The position numbers and the translations under genes are program-made. 64,000 nt of DNA from an uncultured Desulfobacter sp. Lineage in GTDB: Bacteria; Desulfobacterota; Desulfobacteria; Desulfobacterales; Desulfobacteraceae. Below the pieces are notes generated by a model. That model saw only the letters and a list, made by a program, of their open reading frames with translations. It made no database searches and was not told where the DNA came from. The stretch lies in the NCBI GenBank assembly GCA_963665095.1, contig OY762069.1, positions 2,624,001-2,688,000 of the forward strand, given 5' to 3'. Shown one piece after another: positions 16,676-25,884 of this stretch. Numbering within the stretch: the first letter of the stretch is position 1; the number at the start of each line of letters is the position of its first letter.

Positions 16676-17125
16676 ATGATTACTGAAGACGGTATTGTAA
16701 CCCATGCCACCCCTGACACTGCCCAGATAAAAACCATCCGTTCGGCTGCCTGCGAAAGTTGTGCATCAAAAGACTCCTGCGGAGTCGGTCATCACCCCTC
16801 CCAGGAGATGACTGTTACTGTCAAAAACACACTGGGTGTTGAAAAAGGCGATAAGGTCGTCATCGGGATTGAATCCGGCCCGATGATCTTCTTAAGTTTC
16901 CTGCTTTACATCTTCCCAATTATTCTTCTCATCATCGGCGCCCTTATCGGAGCCGCCCTTGCCCCGACTCTTGAAATAAACGAATCCTTCCTGTCCATGG
17001 GTCTTGGATTTTCCTTTTTCGGCGTAGCGTTTCTGGTGATCAGAAAAAAACAGGCCGGCATGTCCGGAAAGGAAAAATACAAGCCTTTTCTCGTCAGAAA
17101 AAAACCTTGTTCAGTTGCTGAATAA
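16676..17125 (+). CDS. rseC: RseC/MucC family protein
   Basis: RSAACESCASKDSCG motif, two TM segments, next to rnf genes. Confidence 0.85.
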   Translation: MITEDGIVTHATPDTAQIKTIRSAACESCASKDSCGVGHHPSQEMTVTVKNTLGVEKGDKVVIGIESGPMIFLSFLLYIFPIILLIIGALIGAALAPTLEINESFLSMGLGFSFFGVAFLVIRKKQAGMSGKEKYKPFLVRKKPCSVAE

Positions 17126-17249
17126 GATTTGGTTTATAAATAATCTGCCGCTATTTTTTTCTTGTAAATCTAAAATCAATATACTATAAACGCTGCCAGT
17201 TGTGGGATCGTCGCCAACCTCTAACCCTAACATTATTGAGAGAAGAACT

Positions 17250-17615
17250 ATGACATCACAACGCGACCTGAAAGTAGCTTTATGGATCATGATCGTTCTT
17301 TTGGTCACAGGGATCGTTTGTTACGCATCCTTTTCCCCTCCTGCGTCGGAGAATCCAGTCAGGCTGATGTTTCAGAACAAAGCCGGCAAAGTTTTATTTA
17401 CCCACCTCATGCACACGGACACCTATTCCCTGGAGTGTCTGGACTGCCATCACAACATTGAAGACGATGAAACCTACAACTGCAGTGAGTGTCATGAAGA
17501 AACGGGTGATGAAAGCATGCCGTCAAGGGCTGATGCATTCCACGCCACATGCAAGGGGTGCCATGAAGATTATGGTGCGGGTCCGGTAGAATGTAATGCA
17601 TGTCATGCACGATAA
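17250..17615 (+). CDS. Membrane-anchored/periplasmic tetraheme cytochrome c3-family protein
   Basis: N-terminal TM; four CxxCH (CLDCH, CSECH, CKGCH, CNACH); VLFTH..H motif. Confidence 0.9.
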   Translation: MTSQRDLKVALWIMIVLLVTGIVCYASFSPPASENPVRLMFQNKAGKVLFTHLMHTDTYSLECLDCHHNIEDDETYNCSECHEETGDESMPSRADAFHATCKGCHEDYGAGPVECNACHAR

Positions 17616-17690
17616 ATTTCTTTAAAGGATATAATTTCCTATGAAATTTCAGGCTTGGCTCAAGATTTTTACAAAACTCAAGGACTAGTT

Positions 17691-18962
17691 ATGATTAAAC
17701 GATCTTTTTTCGCTCTATCAAAACCCAGGCTGACCTATGATCTGCTTGATGCAGACCTTACAGCAGTCGAACAGATTGCAGTGCCGGCCACGCTGACCCT
17801 TTTGCTGCCCGAAGAAATCGACAGCGCAAAAAAGGCTTTGATCAACACCGGAGACACTGTCAAAAAAGGCCAGAAGTTAAAGCTTTATAATGACAGTACG
17901 GCTTATGTTTTAGCCCCTGCGGCAGGCACAGTTAAAGGGTTTGATTCCTACTCTGATGACTTTGGCAATACAGCTACCTATATACTGATCAAAACGGATA
18001 CCTCCGCCAAAGGCGAAGATCTGTGGGCTGATATGGCGCTGGATGACTCCCTTGATTTTGCGGCTGCCAATTTAGGGCACCTGCCTGGAGCGTTGCCTTT
18101 TGACACCCTGATCAACCCGGATTACTCCATTAAGACCATCGTGATTGAAGGTGCGGATACCGACATTTTATGTGACACTTGTCAGTATGTAGCCACCTCT
18201 TATCCAGGATTAATGGCTGCCGGTGCAAAGATTTTGAAAGCAATGACCAGAGCCAGCCGTTTCTGCATCACAATGCCTGAAAATCTTCCCGCCCAGATGG
18301 ATCTTGACGGATTTCACGTGATCAGAACATCTCAAACCTATCCAAGTGCTCTGCCGGCCATGGTAATGAAAGACCATATGGGAACAGAGCTTGCTGCAGG
18401 AAGCACACCGGAAGATGAAGGTGTCTGTTTCATCAAGCCCGAAGCGCTTGTCTCCCTGGCAAACACCTATGAAACCGGGCATCCTGTATTTGAAAAAATC
18501 ATTACACTGATTGACAAAGGCGGAAACAGATACCGGGTCAAGGCCACTATCGGTACGCCCATCAGCAAAATTTTCGCCTGTTTCAATGTGCAGATCAGTG
18601 AACGGGACCGGATTATCATCGGTGGCCCCATGCGCGGATTTGCCACGTATACACCGCATCATCCTGTTGTACCGGATATGGATACCATTATTGTTCAGGA
18701 CAGGGATGTAGTTTCTGAATTGTCGGACAGCGCCTGCGTCAACTGCGGCGAATGTGTTCGTATCTGCCCTGCCAATGTGCCTGTGAACCTGCTGGTTCGG
18801 TATCTTGAGGCAAACCTGTATGAAGAAGCGGCAGACCGGTTTGACTTAGAGTCCTGTCTTGAATGCGGCCTTTGCAGTTATGTATGCAAGGCAAGGATTC
18901 CTCTGTACCAGTATATCCGCCTGGGCAAACATGAACTTCTGACCCTTCGCGAGAATGCGTAA
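17691..18962 (+). CDS. rnfC: Rnf complex subunit C (divergent)
   Basis: GDTVKKGQ, IGTPI, GGPMRG, two CxxCxxCxxxC clusters; operon position. Confidence 0.85.
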   Translation: MIKRSFFALSKPRLTYDLLDADLTAVEQIAVPATLTLLLPEEIDSAKKALINTGDTVKKGQKLKLYNDSTAYVLAPAAGTVKGFDSYSDDFGNTATYILIKTDTSAKGEDLWADMALDDSLDFAAANLGHLPGALPFDTLINPDYSIKTIVIEGADTDILCDTCQYVATSYPGLMAAGAKILKAMTRASRFCITMPENLPAQMDLDGFHVIRTSQTYPSALPAMVMKDHMGTELAAGSTPEDEGVCFIKPEALVSLANTYETGHPVFEKIITLIDKGGNRYRVKATIGTPISKIFACFNVQISERDRIIIGGPMRGFATYTPHHPVVPDMDTIIVQDRDVVSELSDSACVNCGECVRICPANVPVNLLVRYLEANLYEEAADRFDLESCLECGLCSYVCKARIPLYQYIRLGKHELLTLRENA

Positions 18963-18979
18963 AGATTTGGAGGCAGCCA

Positions 18980-19945
18980 ATGACTAACACAAAACTGATC
19001 GTCTCCCATGCCCCATTCTGGCACAACGGGGACAGCCTGTTTCAATTGAACTTCAACTTTATGATCGCCCTGCTGCCGGCCGCGCTTTTCGGTGTTTACC
19101 ATTTCGGCGCACCTGCCCTTGGCGTTCTGACCCTTGCCGCATCTTCGGCCATGCTCTGGGAAGTGATTTTGGAAGTTATCTCCAAGCAGAAAATCGCCAT
19201 TGCCAACCTGGAGTCTGCCGTAATCGGGCTTATTTTCGGCATGATGGTACCGGCAACGCTTCCCTGGTGGGTGGTGGTGGTCGGCACCTTTGTCACTATT
19301 GTCCTTGGAAAGCATGTTTTCGGCGGCACCGGTGCAAACCCCTTTCACCCGGCCCTTGTCGGCCTTGCCATTATGGTGATGTCCTGGCCGAACTTTTTTG
19401 ACTTTGACAGCGCTTATGTTGCCTATAATTTTGATTTCACGGCCCTGGCACCACTGACCGCCCTGAAATCCCAGGGCACTTCCGTTCTGGGTGCATTTCC
19501 CCTTTATGACCTGCTCATGGGTAACGAAGTCGGCGGTATCGGCACCACTTTTGGGCTTGGCATCATCATCGGCGGTATCTATCTCATCCTAAGAGGCTAC
19601 ACCCGGTGGGAAATTGTTGTGTCGTTCATCGCAGGCATCCTTGTGACAGCCCAGCTGTTCTGCATGGTCAACCCTGAAGCATATGCCCCGCCCCTGTTTC
19701 ACCTTCTGTCCGGCTACACGCTGTTTGGCGCCTTTTTCCTGGCGGTTGAAAATTCATCCTCCCCGGTTCATCCCATCCCCATGCTGATATACGGATTCCT
19801 GGGCGGGCTGATGATCATTCTGGTCAGAAACATTGGTATCTATCCTGACGGAACGGTTTTAAGCATCATGCTGATCAACCTTATTAATCCGCTCATTGAC
19901 ACTATCAAACCCAAAGCCCTGGGAAAGGGGGTAACCCATGCGTGA
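18980..19945 (+). CDS. rnfD: Rnf complex subunit D
   Basis: KHVFGGTGANPFHPAL, multiple TM segments, YPDG. Confidence 0.9.
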   Translation: MTNTKLIVSHAPFWHNGDSLFQLNFNFMIALLPAALFGVYHFGAPALGVLTLAASSAMLWEVILEVISKQKIAIANLESAVIGLIFGMMVPATLPWWVVVVGTFVTIVLGKHVFGGTGANPFHPALVGLAIMVMSWPNFFDFDSAYVAYNFDFTALAPLTALKSQGTSVLGAFPLYDLLMGNEVGGIGTTFGLGIIIGGIYLILRGYTRWEIVVSFIAGILVTAQLFCMVNPEAYAPPLFHLLSGYTLFGAFFLAVENSSSPVHPIPMLIYGFLGGLMIILVRNIGIYPDGTVLSIMLINLINPLIDTIKPKALGKGVTHA

Positions 19946-20522
19946 GATGCTGAGTATGATCGTGGTACTGACCGTTCTCACGGCAGTATCCGGCGGCCTT
20001 CTGGCTGCGGTGGAACAAAAGACCAAACCGCAGATTGAAGAGCAGGTTTTAAAATTTCAGAAAGCGCCTGCCATCAAGGAAATTTTCCCAGATGCGACCA
20101 ATAACCCCATCCAGGAACGGTTTGACGTTACTGCAGACGACACCACTCTTCAGGTATTTCCCGGTGTCCTGGGTGACGGGAAAAAAGTCGTTGCCTTTGA
20201 AGCCAAAGGGACCGGTTTCGGCGGCCCTGTGGGCCTGATGGTGGGCATCAATCTTGAGACGGATCAAATCATCGGCGTGCGGGTCACCACCCACTCTGAA
20301 ACCCCTGGTATCGGTTCCAGAGCCAAAGATGATTTATCTTTTGTTTCCCAGTTTACCGGCAAAACCATGTCTGCCAATTTTGGACTTAAAAACGGCGGTG
20401 GAGAAATTGATGCCATGTCCGGTGCCACCGTAACATCCGGCGGTGTCAGCCAGGCAGCAGTAGCGGCCCAGGAACTGTATAAGAAACTGAAACCTGAAAT
20501 TGTTAAACAGATCGCCCAATAA
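19938..20522 (+). CDS. rnfG: Rnf complex subunit G
   Basis: ETPGIG and DAMSGATVTS FMN-attachment motif. Confidence 0.92.
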   Translation: MREMLSMIVVLTVLTAVSGGLLAAVEQKTKPQIEEQVLKFQKAPAIKEIFPDATNNPIQERFDVTADDTTLQVFPGVLGDGKKVVAFEAKGTGFGGPVGLMVGINLETDQIIGVRVTTHSETPGIGSRAKDDLSFVSQFTGKTMSANFGLKNGGGEIDAMSGATVTSGGVSQAAVAAQELYKKLKPEIVKQIAQ

Positions 20523-20543
20523 GGTCGTTCAGGAGAGATAATT

Positions 20544-21152
20544 ATGGCACAATCCCTGGTAAAAGAATTCACAAAAGGGCTGTGGGCGGAAATTCCTCCG
20601 TTCCGGCTGGTCCTGGGGCTTTGTCCCACCCTGGCTGTAACAAAAACCGTTGAAAACGGCATCGGCATGGGCGTGGCCACCACCTTTGTTCTGGTCTTTT
20701 CTAACATTTTGATCTCCATGCTTCGTAATATCATTCCCACAAAGGTCAGGATCGCCTGTTACATTGTCATCATCGCGACCTTTGTAACCATCGTGGAATT
20801 TATGATGCAGGCATACACTTACGAACTGTTTCTGAAGCTGGGTATTTTCATCCCGCTGATTGTTGTAAACTGTATTGTTCTGGGAAGGGCCGAAGCCTTT
20901 GCCGGAAAAAATACAGTACTGCCGTCAGCTGCGGACGGTCTGGGCATCGGTATTGGTTTTACCATGTCCCTGGCAGCCTTAGGCGCGGTCCGGGAACTGA
21001 TCGGTGCCGGCACCATTACGGTGTGGGGCGGTTCACCCATATTTACAATCGGTCACGGCTATATTCCTTTTCACTTCATGGTTGAAGCTCCCGGGGCCTT
21101 CATCGGCTTAGGGCTGATGCTGTGTCTGATGAACCTCATCGGGAATAAATAA
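20544..21152 (+). CDS. rnfE: Rnf complex subunit E
   Basis: LGLCPTLAVT, IPLIVVNCIVLGRAE. Confidence 0.95.
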   Translation: MAQSLVKEFTKGLWAEIPPFRLVLGLCPTLAVTKTVENGIGMGVATTFVLVFSNILISMLRNIIPTKVRIACYIVIIATFVTIVEFMMQAYTYELFLKLGIFIPLIVVNCIVLGRAEAFAGKNTVLPSAADGLGIGIGFTMSLAALGAVRELIGAGTITVWGGSPIFTIGHGYIPFHFMVEAPGAFIGLGLMLCLMNLIGNK

Positions 21153-21170
21153 GGTAAGGAGAAATATAAA

Positions 21171-21746
21171 ATGGGTGATTTATTTGTTCTGGCAATCAGC
21201 TGTATCTTCATCAATAACATTCTTCTTGCCCAATTCCTTGGCAACTGCCCGTTTCTGGGCACATCCAAAAAGATGGAAACCGCTGTGGGCATGGGCATGG
21301 CCGTTGTATTTGTTCTGGTGATGGCAGGCATGATCACATGGATTGTGGATGTCTACCTGCTCAAAGCGCTTCATGTGGAATTCCTGCGCACGGTATCCTT
21401 TATTCTGGTTATCGCTTCCCTGGTACAGTTTGTGGAGATGTTCCTTAAGAAAAGTATCCCCGGCCTTTATGCCGGCCTTGGTATCTTTCTGCCCCTGATC
21501 ACCACCAACTGCGCGGTTATGGGCGTCTGCCTGATCAACATCAAAGAAGAATACACCTTTATTGAAGCCCTGGTGTCATCCTTTGCCTATGCGGTGGGTT
21601 TTGGCCTGGCCCTAGTTCTTTTTGCCGGTATCCGGGAGCGGATCGTAATTGCCCGGGTTCCCAAAGCCTTGCAGGATACCTCCATCGGCCTGGTTACAGC
21701 CGGCCTGATTGCACTTATTTTTACCGTATTCAGAGGCATGGTTTAA
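21171..21746 (+). CDS. rnfA: Rnf complex subunit A
   Basis: FLGNCPFLG, LPLITTNCAVMG. Confidence 0.95.
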   Translation: MGDLFVLAISCIFINNILLAQFLGNCPFLGTSKKMETAVGMGMAVVFVLVMAGMITWIVDVYLLKALHVEFLRTVSFILVIASLVQFVEMFLKKSIPGLYAGLGIFLPLITTNCAVMGVCLINIKEEYTFIEALVSSFAYAVGFGLALVLFAGIRERIVIARVPKALQDTSIGLVTAGLIALIFTVFRGMV

Positions 21747-21855
21747 TAGCCTTTGTTCCATAATACACGGCAAGAGCAGTTCCATACCTGTTAACGCAGT
21801 TTTTGGCCCCGCATCGGGGCCTTTAAAACGCTCCACATTTATGTAAGGTGATTGT

Positions 21856-23940
21856 ATGATTTCAGCGGTATTGTTAATGCTGGGTATCGGCGCCACCTGC
21901 GGTATCGTGCTCAGTCTCTCCTCTAAAATATTTTATGTCTACGAAGATCCCAGAATTGCACTGGTAGAAAACAACCTGGCAGGCGCCAATTGCGGCGGCT
22001 GCGGGTATGCCGGCTGCTCCGCCGCTGCTGCGGCAATTGTTTCGGGCAAAGAGCCCCCAAGCCTTTGTATTGTCAACTCAAAAGAAGGCGTTGAAGCGGT
22101 TTCCAGCATCATGGGTGTTGAAGCAGGTGCTGCGGAAAGCCCCATGTCCTATAACATGTGCGAAGGTGGAAACAGAGCTGCGGACAAGTATCATTACATG
22201 GGGGTCTCCTCCTGCAAGGCCATGGCGGTTGTCTTTGGTGGAAAACGTCTTTGTACAGTCGGCTGCATCGGCCTTGGCGACTGTGTCAAAGCCTGCAAGT
22301 TTGACGCGCTTCACATGGGAGCGGACGGCCACCCTGTGGTGGATGATGAAAGATGTGTGGGCTGCGGTGCCTGCCAGCAGGCCTGCCCCAAGGACATCAT
22401 CGAAGTCAAGACCCTGTCTGAAAAGCTGATGAAATTCAACCAGCAGCATGACCCCTTAGCCCCCTGCGCCCAGACCTGCCCTGCAGAGATCAATATCCCC
22501 AAATACATCCGGGAACTCAAAGAAGGGAAATATGCCGAAGCGGTTCAGACCATTCGGATGCGCAACCCGTTGCCCCTTGCCTGCGGCAGAGTCTGCCCGC
22601 ACCCTTGTGAAAGTCAGTGCAGACGCGGCATTGAAGATGATCCGGTCTCCATCAACCAGCTCAAACGCTTTGTTGCCGATTATGAGATGAATTCCGGGAA
22701 CAAACTCCCGATTAAATGCGCCCCTGAAAACGGCATGAAAGTCGGCGTCATCGGTGGCGGCCCCGCAGGTCTTTCCGCGGCTTACTTTCTGCGCCGTATC
22801 GGGTACAAGGTTTCCATATTTGAAGCCATGCCCAAGTTAGGCGGCATGCTGCGCTACGGTATCCCTGAATACCGGCTGCCCAAAAAGGTCCTTGACTGGG
22901 AAATCCAGACCATCCTTGACCTTGGCATCAACGCATTTAACCACCTGCGGTTCGGCAAGGACTTCGGCCTAGGTTCCCTTATGGCCGGCGGCTACAACGC
23001 TGTATGCCTGACTGTGGGTGCCTGGAAAGATTACTCTCTTGGTATTAAGGGAGAAGACCTTCCCGGCTGCTTTACCGGTATTGACTTTCTTAAACGGATC
23101 TCATCCGGTGAAAAATTAGAACTCGGCAGAACCGCTGCCATTGTGGGCGGCGGCAACACAGCGGTGGACTGCGCAAGAACACTGCTTCGCCTGGGTCTTG
23201 ACAAGGTCTACATGGTTTACCGCCGGACCCGAAAAGAGATGCCGGCCAATGAAGTGGAAATTGTGGCGTCTGAAGAAGAGGGCATTGAATTTGTATTCCT
23301 GGCAGCCCCTACCCGGGTTGTGCCCGGTGAAGACGGCCGCTGCAAGCACCTTGAATACCTGAAGATGGAACTGGGCGAGCCCGACAAATCAGGCCGGCGT
23401 CGTCCCGTCCCCATTGAAGGATCAGAAACCCTGCTGGATGTGGAGATGGTGATATCCGCCATCGGCCAGTCCCCGGATGCATCATTCAAGGAGCAGGATC
23501 CCCATCGCAGGATCACGGAGCTGGAGCTGACCCGTTGGAACACCATTGACAATGATCCCACCACCCTGCAGTCCTCTGTGCCCTATATTTTCACGGCAGG
23601 TGACTCTGCCACAGGTCCGGCCCTAGTGGTGGACGCCATTGGTTCCGGCCGCAGGGCCGCCCGGTCCATTGACCTGTTCCTTAAAGGGAAACCGGTTGAG
23701 CCGCCCAAGGACTCTCTCCAGCAGAAACGGATCCATGAATCCATCTTCTCCTCGGTGGACGGAATTCAACCCTCTGACCGGTCTAAAATGCCGGAGATCC
23801 CTGTTTCGGAACGCCTCACCTCATTTATTGAGGTCGACCAGGTCCTTAAACAGGACGAGGCACATAAGGAAGCGGATCGCTGCCTGAACTGCTGCAGGAT
23901 CTGTTACAATCCAGATACCCCTTTCCCTGTTGTAAAATAG
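21856..23940 (+). CDS. rnfB: RnfB fused to a GltD/NfnB-like FAD-dependent oxidoreductase
   Basis: ANCGGCGYAGC RnfB N-terminus and ferredoxin motifs, then CGRVCPHPCE, GGGPAGLS, GGGNTAVD, YRR. Confidence 0.9.
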   Translation: MISAVLLMLGIGATCGIVLSLSSKIFYVYEDPRIALVENNLAGANCGGCGYAGCSAAAAAIVSGKEPPSLCIVNSKEGVEAVSSIMGVEAGAAESPMSYNMCEGGNRAADKYHYMGVSSCKAMAVVFGGKRLCTVGCIGLGDCVKACKFDALHMGADGHPVVDDERCVGCGACQQACPKDIIEVKTLSEKLMKFNQQHDPLAPCAQTCPAEINIPKYIRELKEGKYAEAVQTIRMRNPLPLACGRVCPHPCESQCRRGIEDDPVSINQLKRFVADYEMNSGNKLPIKCAPENGMKVGVIGGGPAGLSAAYFLRRIGYKVSIFEAMPKLGGMLRYGIPEYRLPKKVLDWEIQTILDLGINAFNHLRFGKDFGLGSLMAGGYNAVCLTVGAWKDYSLGIKGEDLPGCFTGIDFLKRISSGEKLELGRTAAIVGGGNTAVDCARTLLRLGLDKVYMVYRRTRKEMPANEVEIVASEEEGIEFVFLAAPTRVVPGEDGRCKHLEYLKMELGEPDKSGRRRPVPIEGSETLLDVEMVISAIGQSPDASFKEQDPHRRITELELTRWNTIDNDPTTLQSSVPYIFTAGDSATGPALVVDAIGSGRRAARSIDLFLKGKPVEPPKDSLQQKRIHESIFSSVDGIQPSDRSKMPEIPVSERLTSFIEVDQVLKQDEAHKEADRCLNCCRICYNPDTPFPVVK

Positions 23941-23963
23941 TTCAGGGTAAATAACCAATACAT

Positions 23964-24002
23964 AACGGGTCTGACCGAATACTGTCAGGCCCGTTTTATT
24001 TT
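23964..24002 (+). terminator. Rho-independent terminator after the rnf operon
   Basis: AACGGGTCTGAC-N8-GTCAGGCCCGTT followed by a T-rich run. Confidence 0.8.
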
Positions 24003-24010
24003 AACTGGAT

Positions 24011-25120
24011 TTGAACTTGAATAATCCTCAAAATAACGATGAGGCAAACGCCTCTTCCCCTACCCAGGATTGCGACCTATCAACTCACACATCGCAGTCC
24101 GGTTCAGGCAATGCAACAAAGTGGATAATAATTGGCTTCAGTGTAGTATGCCTGTGCGTTATTCTTTGTGCCATTGCCGGGGTTATATGGATGAAGGCTT
24201 TTTTGCAGACACCAGCCAGTCCCCTTCAAAAGCAGGTGACATTTACGGTCATCCCTGGCCAGAACTTGACCACCATTGCTGAAAACCTTGAAAAAGAAGG
24301 CCTGATTTCCAACGCTACAGGTTTTAAAATATATACCCGGTACAAACAAGCATCCACCCGGATTAAAGCCGGGGAATATCTGCTATCCATGAATCTTACA
24401 CCGGACCAACTATTATCTTTATTGCTTTCCGGGAAAATAAAATTATACAGATTCACAGTGCCGGAGGGCCTGAATATGGAGGAAATCGCATCCCTTGCCC
24501 GGGAATCCGGTTTCTGCACCAAAGAACGCTTCTTATCCCTGTGCCGGGACATTGACTTCATTAATGAACTCAAAATACCTGCCATGACTCTTGAAGGGTA
24601 TCTTTTTCCGGATACTTATTTTTTTTCAAAAGATGCAACGTGCAAAGAAATTATCAAAAAAATGACAGCCACCTTCCATCAGGTATTTACCCCTCAATGG
24701 CAGGAAAGGGCAAAAGAACTTGGGTTCACTCCCCATGAAATCGTGATTCTTGCGTCTATCATTGAAAAGGAGACAGGGAATGCCGCTGAAAGGCCTTTGA
24801 TTGCGTCAGTATTTCATAACCGGCTGAAACGGCACATGCGCCTTGAAAGTGACCCCACCGTCATTTACGGGGTATCTGACTATCACGGAAGAATCCGCTA
24901 CAAGCACCTGAGGCGTGTCACCCCTTACAACACCTACCAGATTACTGGCCTTCCGGCAGGCCCCATTTCCAACCCGGGTTTACAGGCCCTTAAAGCAACC
25001 CTCTATCCGGCCCAAACCGATTATCTGTTTTTTGTGTCAAAAAATGACACCACCCATCAGTTCTCAACAAACCTTAAAGACCATAATAAAGCGGTAAAAA
25101 AATATCAGCTCAATCAGTAA
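24011..25120 (+). CDS. mltG: Endolytic transglycosylase MltG
   Basis: LEGYLFPDTY, LASIIEKET, SDPTVIYG, PYNTY, GLPAGPISNPG. Confidence 0.95.
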   Translation: MNLNNPQNNDEANASSPTQDCDLSTHTSQSGSGNATKWIIIGFSVVCLCVILCAIAGVIWMKAFLQTPASPLQKQVTFTVIPGQNLTTIAENLEKEGLISNATGFKIYTRYKQASTRIKAGEYLLSMNLTPDQLLSLLLSGKIKLYRFTVPEGLNMEEIASLARESGFCTKERFLSLCRDIDFINELKIPAMTLEGYLFPDTYFFSKDATCKEIIKKMTATFHQVFTPQWQERAKELGFTPHEIVILASIIEKETGNAAERPLIASVFHNRLKRHMRLESDPTVIYGVSDYHGRIRYKHLRRVTPYNTYQITGLPAGPISNPGLQALKATLYPAQTDYLFFVSKNDTTHQFSTNLKDHNKAVKKYQLNQ

Positions 25121-25790
25121 AGTGTTTAAGATATACCACCACAGCCCCGGATCTTATTTTCTTTTTGCCTTCCCATTCATAGGCAAGAACAATACTATCT
25201 TTTTTCATCTCCTTTAAAAGGTCTTCCACCACATCGGGCAGCACAGGGCCGGTATCAGAGTGCAGCCCTTTGCCTACAATAATTCGCAGGGTAAAATAAC
25301 CTTGCTGCAGTGCACTGGAAATAAATGAACGGGCCTTGATCTGGGCTCCGATGGCTGTAAATCCATGAAGATCAAGATCAGTTTCAGGAGGGGGGTATCG
25401 TTTGAGGCGGCGCTTAAGGGGTATGGGTTTGGGAATATGCCGGGGGGTGTCTTTCTGCTTTAAGGACTGCTCAAGAAGTAAAGAGAAGTCTTCCTCAGGC
25501 GCACTGTCATCATCCTGGGCTCCGTTATCTTCCTGCAGAACTTGCCCTAGGTGTTCATCTGGCTTCTCCCGGGTGAGCCAGGTTTCATAATCATCCAGAA
25601 ACGGCAGGCCGTGTTTGTTCAGTTTTTTTTGCCCCGAAAGACCTGTTTCCGATGCGTTTTCTTCTCCGGCATCCGGATGCTTGTCCTTTTTTAAAAAAGC
25701 ATCTAGAAAAACCTCATCCGAGGCCAATACAGGCAGTGCATTTTTCCGTTTGAATTTTTCTATATTTTTCCGGCTGCCTTTGTTTCCCAT
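25110..25790 (-). CDS. Smr/MutS2 C-terminal domain protein
   Basis: DLDLHG...IIVGKGLHS...GAVVVYL; start placed at MGNK. Confidence 0.85.
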   Translation of the reverse strand: MGNKGSRKNIEKFKRKNALPVLASDEVFLDAFLKKDKHPDAGEENASETGLSGQKKLNKHGLPFLDDYETWLTREKPDEHLGQVLQEDNGAQDDDSAPEEDFSLLLEQSLKQKDTPRHIPKPIPLKRRLKRYPPPETDLDLHGFTAIGAQIKARSFISSALQQGYFTLRIIVGKGLHSDTGPVLPDVVEDLLKEMKKDSIVLAYEWEGKKKIRSGAVVVYLKHFTD

Positions 25791-25884
25791 GCCGCGTATC
25801 TTACTCGAAAAATAGCAGGTTTTCAAGGTACTGAAGCGGGTTTCCGGATTTGACTTTACGTGACCTTCCTGATATTGTCCCCCC

